Part shown: positions 44,115-54,434 of the stretch, piece by piece
How the letters are laid out: each line of letters opens with the position of its first letter
Numbering within the stretch: the stretch's first letter is position 1
Assembly (NCBI GenBank): GCA_965116495.1
Contig: OZ220696.1
Location: 4,064,001-4,128,000 of the forward strand
DNA: 64,000 nt
Direction of reading: 5' to 3'
Source of the DNA: Gammaproteobacteria bacterium
GTDB lineage: Bacteria; Pseudomonadota; Gammaproteobacteria; Eutrophobiales; Eutrophobiaceae
Program-made: the position numbers and the translations under genes
The notes under the pieces: model-generated
What the model saw: only the letters and a program-made list of their open reading frames with translations
What the model was told of the DNA's origin: nothing
The model's database searches: none

Positions 44115-45845
44115 CCCTCATGATCAGGGCTCTGCACACCCCGATTGCATGTAACTGAGAAACGCCGAGGCCACGGGCAACCCGCCGCCCCGGCGTTGGC
44201 TAACGCCCCGTCCTGATGCACACTGGCGGGGTGGGAGCGAGACCGAGGACGCTTTTTTTTGCGGCGCCTTACGAGCCCGTTTCTAAACTGTTCCCGAGCA
44301 ACGGCATCGTGCCCCGCTTTGTACCCGGCGCTGCCGAGGACGCACAGCAAAATGCGCCGTCTCCCTCACGGGAGACGAGCCAGCTATCCGTTGCTCCCGT
44401 TCCCGCCCCTGTTATAACACCACCCATTCGGAGGAAGCGTTATGTCTGATAGTGTACACACTGATACCTTGAACGTCATCCATGCCTGCGCCGCCGGCCT
44501 GGATGTGCACAAAATGCAAATCACCGCCAGCGTGCGCCGGGCCCGGCCCGACGCCGAGGCCGAGACCCATACCCGCACGTTCAGCGCCCTGCCCGGCGGG
44601 CTGGGCGAGTTGACCCGTTGGTTGCTTGAGCACCAGGTCAGCGCCGCCGTGATGGAGGCCACGGGCGTCTATTGGGAGGTCGTCTTCGAGGCCCTGGAGA
44701 GCGCCGGCATCAAGGCGATACTGGTGCATGCCCAGCATGTCAAACAACTCAAGGGCCGCAAGACCGACATCGCCGACAGCGTCTGGCTGGCGCGTATCTG
44801 TCAGTTCGGCCTGTGCGCGCCCAGCTTCGTCCCGCCCGCCGACTTCCGCGCCCTGCGCAAGGTGTCACGGCAACGCCACAAGGTCGTGCGCCTGCGCGCC
44901 ACCCTGCGCACCCGTATCCACCAGACCCTCGATGGCGCCGGTCTCCGGACGCTCGAACGAGGACATCCTGGCCGGACTCTCCGGCCATGTCCGGGCGCGG
45001 CTCGACCCACTGTGCGATGCCCTCAGCGCACCCCTGCGCCCACACGCCCGGTTTGTCCTCAAAGACCCACTCGACGCCTTCGAGAACGCCAACGCACGCA
45101 TCGCCGCCTACGATGCCTTCATCCAACAACAACTCACCCCCTACCAGCGCCCACTCGACCTGTTGATGACCCTGCCCGGCATCGACCACACCGCCGCCCG
45201 CGCCATCCTCATCGAACTCGGCCCCGATATCACCGTCTTCCCCTCATCCCGCCACTGCGCGGCCTGGGCCGGTCTGTGCCCCGGCAACAACGAGAGCGCC
45301 GGTAAACGCCGCCACGGCAGAACCCGCAAGGGCAACCCCTTCCTGCGCACCCTGCTCATCGAGTGCGCACACGGCGCCGTACGCACCCGACACGCCCAGT
45401 TCCAGGGCTACCATAAAGCCCTCACCGTGCGCCGCGGCTACAAACGCGCCACCGTCGCCACCGCACACAAACTGCTGCGTATCCTCTACCGCCTGCTCGC
45501 CACCGGTCAGCCCTACTGCGACCCGCACACCGACTACGAGGCGCTGATGGTCCAGCGCAACGCACCGCGCTGGATCAAAATGCTGGAAAAATACGGCTAC
45601 GACACCGTCAACCGGTCAACGACCATGACAGCCGCCGCCTGACCCATACCCGGGTGGGGACCGCCACCCGGTACACCACGCCAGCGCGGCCACTCCCCCC
45701 GGCCACAGGTCATAGCGCGGGGCCTCCTGTCAGGCCAGAGCGGGCCACGCCGTAGCGCCAGCTTCCTTAACGGTCTCACCCTGTGTAGACCAACCCCGTC
45801 CGCACGCCCTGAAGCCGGAATGGTATAATTAAGTTACATAGCAAA
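44115..45845 (+). mobile_element. IS110-family element
   Basis: Sharp GC-rich insert; removing it restores ..SRTK|ISELLD..; AAA present at both junctions; no terminal IRs; long non-coding ends. Confidence 0.9.
44442..45642 (+). pseudogene. IS110 recombinase with an internal deletion/frameshift near 44948
   Basis: DEDD motifs GLDVHK, MEATG and KTDIAD in one frame; LMTLPGID and GLCPGNNESAGK in another. Confidence 0.88.
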
Positions 45846-46764
45846 ATATCGGAGTTACTTGATCCTGCAATACAATCAAACCGCTCATTAGTAGAACGTC
45901 ATCATCTATTCCCGAAAGGGTTTCTGAGTAAATTGGGTATTACATCTATCCGAGAAACTAACCAGATCGCAAACTATGCATTAGTTGAGTGGGGAGATAA
46001 TTCTCAAATCTCGGACAGCCCCCCCGCTGATTACCTCCCCGAAATGAAAAAACGTTATGGCCAAAGTGAACTTGACCGTATGTATCAGTATCATGCTCTC
46101 CCCGATAATTGGGAACAGTTAGAATATCGCGAGTTTTTGGAAAGAAGACGTGAGTTAATTGCTCAGGTTATAAAAGAGGGCTATTCAATTTTGACTACTT
46201 CTGAGATTGAGGTAGCTGCAGGTTCTTCTGATTTTATATTATCTCAAGTAGTGATTAGTGGAGAGTCTGAGGCTGTAGAATTCAAATCTACTCTCCGAAC
46301 AAATCTTCATACTTCATGCAAAGACCCACGTATGGAGTTAGCAGTTCTCAAGACATTGGCGGGCTTTCTAAATACTAATGGAGGCACATTGATAATAGGT
46401 ATTTCCGATGATGGTAGTCCGGTCGGCATTGAAGCTGATGGATTTCTTAATGAAGATAAAATGAATTTGCATTTAATAAATATCGTTAAAAGTCGTATGG
46501 GAGTACCAGCCTTGACAGGCGTCCATGCCCATTTTGATGATCATGAAGGTTGTCGCGTTATGGTTGTAAGATGTAGTAAGGCTTCATCACCTATTTTCGT
46601 TAATGATGCTAAAACAGAAAAGTTTTATATTCGTATCGGCCCGTCTACAAACGAACTAAGTCCTAGTCAGACACAGGAATTCATTAAGGAAAGATTTATT
46701 GGTTAATTTAAATAAGGTAGTTCATTGAGAAGTGTGATATTCGAAAAATATAAAGAAATTCTAC

Positions 46765-47223
46765 TCAATCATCATTAGGTATAGTCCTTGAACTATCTAG
46801 AATACTCCCCCTCACCCGGCAGGACTGTCCTTCAAACAATGCGACGAGCTTGTCGTCCTGGTCGGTGACCGTGACCTGGTAGCGGCCGTAGCGGCCGTCC
46901 TGGGACTCGTGTTCGGCGGTTGCCGTCAGTTGGTCGCCCGCTTTCCCGGGCCGTTTGTATTCGATACCGCACTTTTGCGCCAGGTTTGCGTCGTTGCGGG
47001 TGTTGCAGGCGCAGGCAAAAGCCGTATCGGCCAGGGTGAAGATGAAACCCCCGTGGCAGATGCCGTGGCCGTTCAGCATTTCGGTCTTTACCGGCATTTT
47101 GAGACGGGCGAATCCCTCCCGTACCTCATCGATGGTAATCCCGATGTTTTGCGAGGCGACGTCCTTGCCGTACATGGCATCGACGCAGGCGCGCGCCAGT
47201 TCATCGCCGGCCAGTTCAGTCAT
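46765..47223 (-). CDS. paaI: Phenylacetyl-CoA thioesterase PaaI
   Basis: [26 protein letters not shown]. Confidence 0.92.
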   Translation of the reverse strand: MTELAGDELARACVDAMYGKDVASQNIGITIDEVREGFARLKMPVKTEMLNGHGICHGGFIFTLADTAFACACNTRNDANLAQKCGIEYKRPGKAGDQLTATAEHESQDGRYGRYQVTVTDQDDKLVALFEGQSCRVRGSILDSSRTIPNDD

Positions 47224-49261
47224 CCCGGCGTTCCACCAGGGTCATGACGTCGTACAAGGCTACGGTATTGTCATCCTGGTTGATAATCTCCACCGCCCAC
47301 CTGACTACCCCCGTAGCCCGGGGATCGTCGGGACGTTTGTCTTTCCTGATCTTCTGTTTGACCACGATTTTTGTCCGGATCGTATCGCCGATACCCACAG
47401 GTTCGATAAAACGCAGGTTTTCCAAGCCGTAGTTGGCCAGGACCGGTCCGGGCGCCGGGTCCACGAACATGCCGGCGGCCGCGGAGATCAGGAAATACCC
47501 GTGGGCCACGCGTTTGCCGAACAGGGAATCCGCCGCGGCAAGTTCATCGAAATGGGCATAGAAAAAATCACCGGTCAGGCAACCGAAATTGACGATATCC
47601 GCCTCGGTGACGGTGCGCCGGTAGCTCTCGTGGGTTTCACCGATCTGCAGTTCTTCAAAGTATTTACGGAACGGGTGTACCCTGTCCGTTATCGGTGTCG
47701 CACCCTGGTGATATTCACCGGTCAGGCCCATCAGCGTCGTCGGTGAGCCCTGGATAGCAGTGCGTTGCATATAGTGTTTGATAGCTCTCTCACCGCCCAG
47801 TTCTTCACCACCGCCGGCCCGGCCCGGCCCGCCGTGAACCAGCGCCGGCAGAGGTGACCCATGACCGGTTGACTCTGCGGCGCAATCCCGGTTGATGACC
47901 AGCAGACGGCCGTGCCAGGCTGCCGTATTGAGGACCAGTTGCCGCGCTTCCGCATCATTGGCGGTAAATACCGAGCCCACCAGGCTGCCCCTGCCTTTTT
48001 TTGCCAGTTCGATAGCCTCGTCCAGATCCCGGTAAGGCATGACCGTACAGACCGGCCCGAATGCCTCGACGTCATGGGGTTCACCAACCGTCAGGGGCTG
48101 TACGCAATACAGCAGGGTAGTGGGGAAGAACGCCCCCTTGTCCTTGTCTCCGCCGCGGATTTCGAACTCCCTGGCGCCGCCGTAGAGGATTTCACAGGCA
48201 CCGACCAACCGGTTCACGTTATCCCAGACGTCCTCCATCTGGGCGCGGCCCACCAGCGGCCCCATCTTGACACCATCCACCGAGGGGTCTCCCAGCGGGA
48301 GCCTGTCCAGTCTTTGTCCAAGGGCTGTTGCAACCGCTTCAACCCTGTCCGCGGGCACGATAGCCCGCCTGATAGCCGTACATTTCTGGCCTGCTTTCAC
48401 CGTCATCTCGCGCGCCACTTCCTTAATGAACAGGTCAAACTCAGCAGAACCCGGTTCAACCGTCTCTCCCAGCAATGACAGGTTCAGAGAATCAGCCTCC
48501 ATGTTGAACGGGATGGACTTGGCAATCACGTTGGGGTGGGATTTCAATTTCCTTCCGGTGCTCGCGGACCCGGTAAAGGTGACGACGTCCTGTTCCATCA
48601 GGTGCTCGAACAGGTCTCCGGTACTGCCGCAGAGCAACTGGAATGCCCCTTCCGGCAGGAGTCCCGATTGCACGATAACCCGGGCCATCTTCTCGGTCAG
48701 GTAGGATGAAACGGTGGCCGGTTTAACCACTACCGGCATCCCCGCGCACAGGCTGGGCGCGATCTTCTCCAGCATGCCCCAGCAGGGAAAATTAAAGGCA
48801 TTGATGTGGACGGCCACACCCTCCCTGGGTACCAGTATATGGCGGCCGGTAAACGTCCCTTCTTTCGACAGGCGCTCCTGCCCGCCTTCCACCAGGAACG
48901 TCTCATTGGGAAATTCACGCCGGACCAGGCTGCTGTAACTGAACAGCGTGCCGATACCGCCTTCTATATCGATCCAGCTGTCCGCCCGGGTTGCGCCGGT
49001 CCAGGCTGATACCTGGTAAAACTCGTCCTTGTGTTCCAGCAGGTGTTGCGCCAGTGCTTTCAGGCGCAGGGCACGCTCGTGCAACGTCATCCTGCGCAAC
49101 GCAGGGCCGCCGACTTCCCTGGCATGGCGCAGCACTTCCCCGAATTCCATCCCGTCACTGGAGACGCTGCCGATGAAGTCACCATTAACTGCATTGACGA
49201 CCTCAACGCCGTTTCCCAGACCGCTGTACCACTCTCCCATTACATAACTTTCTATATTCAT
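47216..49261 (-). CDS. paaZ: Bifunctional oxepin-CoA hydrolase/aldehyde dehydrogenase PaaZ
   Basis: [27 protein letters not shown]; C-terminal MaoC domain. Confidence 0.96.
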   Translation of the reverse strand: MNIESYVMGEWYSGLGNGVEVVNAVNGDFIGSVSSDGMEFGEVLRHAREVGGPALRRMTLHERALRLKALAQHLLEHKDEFYQVSAWTGATRADSWIDIEGGIGTLFSYSSLVRREFPNETFLVEGGQERLSKEGTFTGRHILVPREGVAVHINAFNFPCWGMLEKIAPSLCAGMPVVVKPATVSSYLTEKMARVIVQSGLLPEGAFQLLCGSTGDLFEHLMEQDVVTFTGSASTGRKLKSHPNVIAKSIPFNMEADSLNLSLLGETVEPGSAEFDLFIKEVAREMTVKAGQKCTAIRRAIVPADRVEAVATALGQRLDRLPLGDPSVDGVKMGPLVGRAQMEDVWDNVNRLVGACEILYGGAREFEIRGGDKDKGAFFPTTLLYCVQPLTVGEPHDVEAFGPVCTVMPYRDLDEAIELAKKGRGSLVGSVFTANDAEARQLVLNTAAWHGRLLVINRDCAAESTGHGSPLPALVHGGPGRAGGGEELGGERAIKHYMQRTAIQGSPTTLMGLTGEYHQGATPITDRVHPFRKYFEELQIGETHESYRRTVTEADIVNFGCLTGDFFYAHFDELAAADSLFGKRVAHGYFLISAAAGMFVDPAPGPVLANYGLENLRFIEPVGIGDTIRTKIVVKQKIRKDKRPDDPRATGVVRWAVEIINQDDNTVALYDVMTLVERRDD

Positions 49262-49289
49262 ATAAATTCCTCAATGATCAATTCTCCGA

Positions 49290-49357
49290 GGTCAGAGTAA
49301 AAACCCATCGGAACATACAGTATTATCATAGTTCTCATGGATTTTTACTCTGACCCC
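49290..49357. repeat. Family B palindrome with a long spacer
   Basis: GGTCAGAGTAAAAA-CCCAT..ATGGA-TTTTTACTCTGACCCC. Confidence 0.8.
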
Positions 49358-49433
49358 ATCTATCTGACCGGAGTTAGCGGGAGTGGCTGAATAAACATGT
49401 GATCTCTTACACGCACCGATCAAACCATGATAT

Positions 49434-49470
49434 GATACAGAAAAATAATGATATAAGATATTTCTGTAAC
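49434..49470. promoter_or_regulatory. Putative PaaX-like operator upstream of paaK
   Basis: GATACAGAAA-N17-TTTCTGTAAC, 9/10 inverted repeat. Confidence 0.45.
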
Positions 49471-49499
49471 AATTTAATTAATCCCGAGAGGTAGGCAGT

Positions 49500-50801
49500 A
49501 TGGCAGAACCCGGAGCATTTGACACCCTGGAACATATCGAAAAAACCGGCAGGGATGAATTGCAGGATTTACAACTGAGGCGTCTTAAATGGAGCCTTGA
49601 ACACGCTTACACCAATGTCGGGTGTTACAGGAAGAAATTTGATGAAGCCGGCGTCCACCCAACGGACCTGAAGGAATTGAGTGACCTCTCCCGCTTCCCG
49701 CTGACGGACAAGCATGATTTCCGGGATAACTATCCGTTCGGCATGTTTGCCGTCCCCATGGATCAGGTAGTGCGCATACACGCATCCAGCGGTACCACGG
49801 GCAAGCCTGTGGTGGTGGGTTATACCAGGAATGACATCGACACCTGGAGTGGGGTAGTGGCCCGGTCTATCAGGGCAGCCGGCGGCTCCCACAGGGACAA
49901 AATCCATGTGGCTTACGGTTATGGCCTGTTCACCGGCGGTCTTGGCGCGCATTACGGTGGCGAATTGATGGGGTGTACCGTGATACCCATGTCCGGGGGA
50001 CAAACGGAAAAACAGGCCTTGCTTATCCAGGACTTTGACCCGGATATCATCATGGTGACGCCGTCGTATATGCTGAGTATCGCCGATGAACTGGAACGGC
50101 AAGGCGTGGACTGCCGCAAACTGAAATTGCGGGTGGGGATATTCGGCGCCGAACCCTGGACGGATTCCATGCGCGCCAACCTGGAACAAAGGCTGGCTAT
50201 TGACGCGGTGGATATATACGGGCTATCCGAAGTGATGGGTCCCGGCGTCGCCCAGGAGTGTGTGGAGACAAAGGACGGACCGACCATCTGGGAGGATCAT
50301 TTTTACCCGGAAATCATCGATCCGCAGACGGGAGAGGTATTGCCGGATGGGGAAGAGGGTGAACTGGTGTTTACCAGCCTCACCAAGGAAGCCCTGCCCG
50401 TGATTCGGTACAGGACCCGTGATTTGACCAGGCTGTTGCCGGGAACGGCCCGTACCATGCGCCGCATGGAAAAGATAACAGGGCGCAGCGACGACATGCT
50501 GATCATCCGCGGCGTAAACGTGTTCCCCACCCAGGTGGAAGAGCAGATACTCAAGGTCGCCGGCCTGGCGCCCCACTACCAGATCGAGATAACCCGCAGC
50601 GAAAATCTGGATGAAATGACGATCAACGTGGAATTATCCCCCGGCGCCGATGCTGTGGCAAAACAGCCGGCCGCCGCCGAACTCAAGAAACATATCAAGG
50701 ACCTCATCGGCGTTTCAACAACGGTCAACGTGCTTGATGAAGGCGGTGTAGCCCGCTCGGAAGGGAAGGCCAAACGCGTGATTGACAGACGTAATATATA
50801 A
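49500..50801 (+). CDS. paaK: Phenylacetate-CoA ligase
   Basis: HASSGTTGKP, YGYGLFTGG, DIYGLSE, GKAKRVID. Confidence 0.96.
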   Translation: MAEPGAFDTLEHIEKTGRDELQDLQLRRLKWSLEHAYTNVGCYRKKFDEAGVHPTDLKELSDLSRFPLTDKHDFRDNYPFGMFAVPMDQVVRIHASSGTTGKPVVVGYTRNDIDTWSGVVARSIRAAGGSHRDKIHVAYGYGLFTGGLGAHYGGELMGCTVIPMSGGQTEKQALLIQDFDPDIIMVTPSYMLSIADELERQGVDCRKLKLRVGIFGAEPWTDSMRANLEQRLAIDAVDIYGLSEVMGPGVAQECVETKDGPTIWEDHFYPEIIDPQTGEVLPDGEEGELVFTSLTKEALPVIRYRTRDLTRLLPGTARTMRRMEKITGRSDDMLIIRGVNVFPTQVEEQILKVAGLAPHYQIEITRSENLDEMTINVELSPGADAVAKQPAAAELKKHIKDLIGVSTTVNVLDEGGVARSEGKAKRVIDRRNI

Positions 50802-50836
50802 TTTTTTAACGCGTTTATCCCCTTAGGGTACGGTAA

Positions 50837-51349
50837 TCACTCGGATAGTTCACATACTTTCTCGTTCACACGAAGGTATTCGTCAATGAATATGTCGGTC
50901 AGCTGACCGACATATTGCAAAATGAATCCTGAATCACTTGCGTGAGTTCCAGCGACTCTCTCATTCCATCCGGTAGCATCACCCTTAAAGTTAGTAGATT
51001 GACCGATTTCTGAAGACTGTCCAACTATTTGTGGCTTGAAAAATTTCTGCTTGAACTCAAATGAAATACTGAATGCCATCTTGTACGCGTTAGTATTTAC
51101 ATAAAGGTAAGGGTCTGCATTCGCATCATAGATTCTTGCACCGCGCAGGCGGCTCCGCACTGTCGTTTCTACAGTCTCTCTGGTGAGACCGATTGCTTTT
51201 GCACTCTCACTTAGATATTCAACCAATAGAGATACTTTTCCACCACAGGGCTACCCAAGATCGAACATATCGTGCCTACTAACATCTTCCTGTGCTGCCA
51301 CAGCAGGTATAGCAATGAACGCTGCAAGTAAAATTATGCACCTATGCAT
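50837..51349 (-). pseudogene. Exported hypothetical protein with an in-frame TAG
   Basis: MHRCIILLAAFIAIPAVAA-QEDVSRHDMFDLG*PCGGKVSLLVEY.. is one frame with the stop at 51251-51253. Confidence 0.65.
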
Positions 51350-51517
51350 TTCACCAGTTTATCAAATTGTCATTCCTAACCCCAAATACTGTCCCTCTGC
51401 ATATTCCACAAGGCGTGATTGGCAGCCTCAAGTATTTCCGCAGAAATTGACTTACAACTAGTTTTACCCTTATTATGGCTCTCACTTAATATGTGCGTTT
51501 AAGCTGGGGATGACAAT

Positions 51518-51769
51518 ATGAATATTACGCTGAGTATTGATGAGGACATTATGAAGAAAGTGCGCAAGATAGCCATCGACAAGAATACGACGTTGACGGC
51601 TATGGTGCGAGACTACCTGACTGCTGTCGCCGACAACGATACCGGCGTCAAACAGGAGCGTGTTGCTGCGCTTAGGGAATCAATCCGGCGGCATAGCCGC
51701 GATCTCGGCCCGCGCACGTGGACCCGGGATGACCTCTATGAAGACCGACTTGGCCGCCATAACCGATAA
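51518..51769 (+). CDS. RHH-type (DUF6364-like) antitoxin
   Basis: MNITLSIDE..TLTAMVRDYL..WTRDDLYE. Confidence 0.85.
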   Translation: MNITLSIDEDIMKKVRKIAIDKNTTLTAMVRDYLTAVADNDTGVKQERVAALRESIRRHSRDLGPRTWTRDDLYEDRLGRHNR

Positions 51770-52181
51770 GGTATTTTTCGATACCAATATTCTCGTCTAT
51801 GCATACGACCGGCGAGACCCGGATAAACAGGAACGGGCTTTCGATCTGCTTGCTGACGCCATCACCAACGAGAAAGGTGTCGTGTCCGCACAGGTTCTGG
51901 GCGAATTTTACAACGCAACGACCCGGCATACTTCCAACCTGCTCCCGGAAGAAGTCGTCAGGGAAGCAATATCCCTGTTTGCGACCCTGCCGGTCATAGA
52001 CATTGACCTCACACTGGTGCAACGGGCTGTTGGTACCTGTAGCCGCTACCGGATATCCTACTGGGACTCTTTGATCATAGCTGCCGCAGAAAAGGCGGGC
52101 TGCACACAGATTTTCTCGGAGGATTTCAACACAAGCCAGACCTATCACGACATCATGGTCGTCAATCCCTTTCAGGGCTGA
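51738..52181 (+). CDS. vapC: PIN-domain toxin
   Basis: FFDTNILVYA, SAQVLGEF, SYWDSLI, SEDF, NPF. Confidence 0.88.
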   Translation: MKTDLAAITDKVFFDTNILVYAYDRRDPDKQERAFDLLADAITNEKGVVSAQVLGEFYNATTRHTSNLLPEEVVREAISLFATLPVIDIDLTLVQRAVGTCSRYRISYWDSLIIAAAEKAGCTQIFSEDFNTSQTYHDIMVVNPFQG

Positions 52182-52264
52182 CGCCGGATTAGAAAATTAC
52201 AGAATTGAAACGGTAATCGTGGAGCACACAATTGAATAGAGAAATTAGTGTTAATTTAGCGGAC

Positions 52265-52660
52265 TTAACAGGTTGGAATAAGGAATTTAACGGCCCGTTG
52301 GCCTGTGTTTACGGGAGATTTGAGATAGGTGCTGTCCTTTCCGCCGAGTAGTGCCACCAGTAATCGACAGATCAGGTTTCTCATTTCCTGTGTAAGGTTT
52401 TCACCGATATCCATATTCACCACTAACCCAAGCGGTTCATCGAAGAACAAGGCTTCATGTAGCGCATCATTCCGAAGGGTGGATACTGTTGTACCTGTAG
52501 TGTCCTTGATATTCTGTGCCCAAGATGGTGTATCGACGCCGAGTTCGTTACACAGCCACCCAATTCGTTCGCCGTGTGGGAGGTACCCATTCTGGCATCG
52601 TAAAGCCTTTGTTAAGGCGTAGCAGGCATCAGCGGATGTATACTGCTCATATAGAGCGAC
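52265..52660 (-). pseudogene. 5'-truncated gene with a HEPN-like RxxxxH motif
   Basis: Open frame without its own start: ..YTSADACY..PHGERIGWLC..LRNDALHEALFFDEPLG.. Confidence 0.55.
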
Positions 52661-52708
52661 AAACGTAACTTGTGACAGTACAGTACTCGTTTCCTGGCGT
52701 ATCCAGCT

Positions 52709-53596
52709 TTAGCCTCGAGAAGGATCTCGTCCTATTTCCCACACTCCTTTTTCTCGAAAAGCAGGAATGCTTTGGCGACGGGCGGCGTTAGTGACGGCTG
52801 GTCCTGAGAGTCCGTTCTGTTTGATATGGTCCGACAGCCTGGTGATGACCTGTCCTTTCAAATAGCTCAGTCTCTTGTGCAGGGCCTCCATGAGAGCCAG
52901 CGACAGGATGCCTTCCATTGTCTTTGTTTTTTTGCCGTCGTTGTAGTCTCTGAATGCTTGATAGTACCGCTCTTTTTCCGAGTTTCTGATTATAACGCGG
53001 GGCAGGCCGGACTGCAGGAATTGAAAATTCATAATGACGCGGCCTAAACGGCCATTACCGTCACAAAAGGGATGGATAGTCTCAAAATCCAGGTGAAACC
53101 GGGCAACCCTGTCCAGGAAATATGAACTCAGGTCGCTGGAATACGTGACGAGGAGGTCATCCATCATCTGTTCCACGCGCTCGGGCGCCGGTGCGATATG
53201 AGTTCCTACCCGTACATACTCTCCCTGCCTGCGAAAGCGGCCTGAAATATTGTCATCAATGCCGCCGATAAGCATCTGGTGTAATCGCAGGATCAGGTCT
53301 TTGTCCAATTCACTGTCTTTAACCCTTGTACGCTTGTATTCAATGACGCGGGCAAGGTTTTTTGCCTCGAAGACTTCCCTGACAGATACGTTTCGGGACA
53401 ATGCCTGTTCCAGCAGGATCTTCTCTGTTTCTTTCAGGGTGAGGGTTGAGTTCTCAATTGCATTGGAGTTATACACATTCTCGGGTACTTCCACTTCGTC
53501 GATCATCGACAGCAGCGCTTCCTTGCCCTTGCGCAATGTGTCATATTCTCGTTTCAGGGCTTGAATACGGTCTTTTGTCGGTTGTGTAGTTGCCAT
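52709..53596 (-). CDS. Fic-family protein with N-terminal inhibitory motif and C-terminal HTH-like region
   Basis: SNAIEN; HPFCDGNGRLGR. Confidence 0.92.
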   Translation of the reverse strand: MATTQPTKDRIQALKREYDTLRKGKEALLSMIDEVEVPENVYNSNAIENSTLTLKETEKILLEQALSRNVSVREVFEAKNLARVIEYKRTRVKDSELDKDLILRLHQMLIGGIDDNISGRFRRQGEYVRVGTHIAPAPERVEQMMDDLLVTYSSDLSSYFLDRVARFHLDFETIHPFCDGNGRLGRVIMNFQFLQSGLPRVIIRNSEKERYYQAFRDYNDGKKTKTMEGILSLALMEALHKRLSYLKGQVITRLSDHIKQNGLSGPAVTNAARRQSIPAFREKGVWEIGRDPSRG

Positions 53597-53610
53597 GTCC
53601 TCATTATAGA

Positions 53611-53696
53611 ATATTCACTATATTTAACCTGTTTAAAGTGAATATAGCATGAAATAGAGGCATATTCACTTCTAATTTAGGATAAAAAGTGAATAT
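53611..53696. promoter_or_regulatory. Two copies of ATATTCACT-N17-AGTGAATAT upstream of fic
   Basis: 53611-53645 and 53662-53696. Confidence 0.75.
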
Positions 53697-53706
53697 GTAA
53701 GAACTA

Positions 53707-53946
53707 CTAAGACTTCACGAAGTCTTCTTGAAGCAAGTCGTCAATATTGGCGCCGGTGCGGCGTGCAGTTACAATGTTGGACAATATATCGGGGTTTTCT
53801 ACCCATAGGGAATATTCATACAAAGTCAAGCCGAGGAAATCGTGAATTGACTTGTCGCTGTTGCATTGGTGCCACCGCTCGATATAGGTATCAATATCGG
53901 TAAGTCTGGCGGTCCCGGAAAGGCGCTCTTGAATGAAATCAGACAC
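53707..53946 (-). CDS. Small hypothetical protein
   Basis: 79-aa ORF with GTG start and AGGA RBS; DIDTYIERWH..FLGLT..EYSLWV. Confidence 0.6.
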   Translation of the reverse strand: MSDFIQERLSGTARLTDIDTYIERWHQCNSDKSIHDFLGLTLYEYSLWVENPDILSNIVTARRTGANIDDLLQEDFVKS

Positions 53947-54085
53947 GGATTTTCCTGCCTTTGACGGCGCTTTTTATCAAGCCGGGTTTGGTTTATTTTG
54001 AACGCTTGTGATTCAGGGCTTGATAACTGATTATAATCAATCCCGCAATGAATACACTAAAGGTAAAAATAAACAGGTATTCCAC

Positions 54086-54313
54086 TTATAATTCCTCCAG
54101 TCGATCAAGGCACGCAAACACACGCTGGTTGATAAACACTAAAATGACGGTCAAAACTATAACGGACACTGAGCAAAGCAGCAGAATTGATTGCTTTGCT
54201 GTTTCAAAGCTCTGAACGAACCAAGCCAGTAAAGAAAGGTCAGTTACCGTAAATATAGCGAAAATAACCTTATACCAGCCAATTTCCTGTTCAATCCGTT
54301 TTTCCTCAGACAT
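54086..54313 (-). CDS. Small two-TM membrane protein
   Basis: Two hydrophobic helices flanked by charged ends. Confidence 0.6.
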   Translation of the reverse strand: MSEEKRIEQEIGWYKVIFAIFTVTDLSLLAWFVQSFETAKQSILLLCSVSVIVLTVILVFINQRVFACLDRLEEL

Positions 54314-54434
54314 GCCAGTAATTATAACACAGACCAGGAAAAACGGGGTCAGGTGGTATCAGTTTCTGATACATCCTGTGCATCCATGTTAAATTGATAC
54401 GAGCAAACATAAAAAATCAGCATAGAGTACAAAT

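Larger units (their letters stand above)
42717..46706 (+). pseudogene. GmrSD-type (DUF262 plus HNH-like) endonuclease with C-terminal AlbA_2, split by IS110
   Basis: QRPFVW, DGQQR and FVRIN in 42717-44114; the frame resumes at 45846 (ISELLD..ERHHLFPK..NQIANY..GESEAVEFKS..FLNTNGG). Rejoined length is 752 aa. Confidence 0.88.

Noticed and set aside
51759-51770. ATA-ACC-GAT-AAG as a mutated start that silences the PIN toxin
   Set aside because: An in-frame ATG at 51738 is available, so inactivation cannot be claimed.
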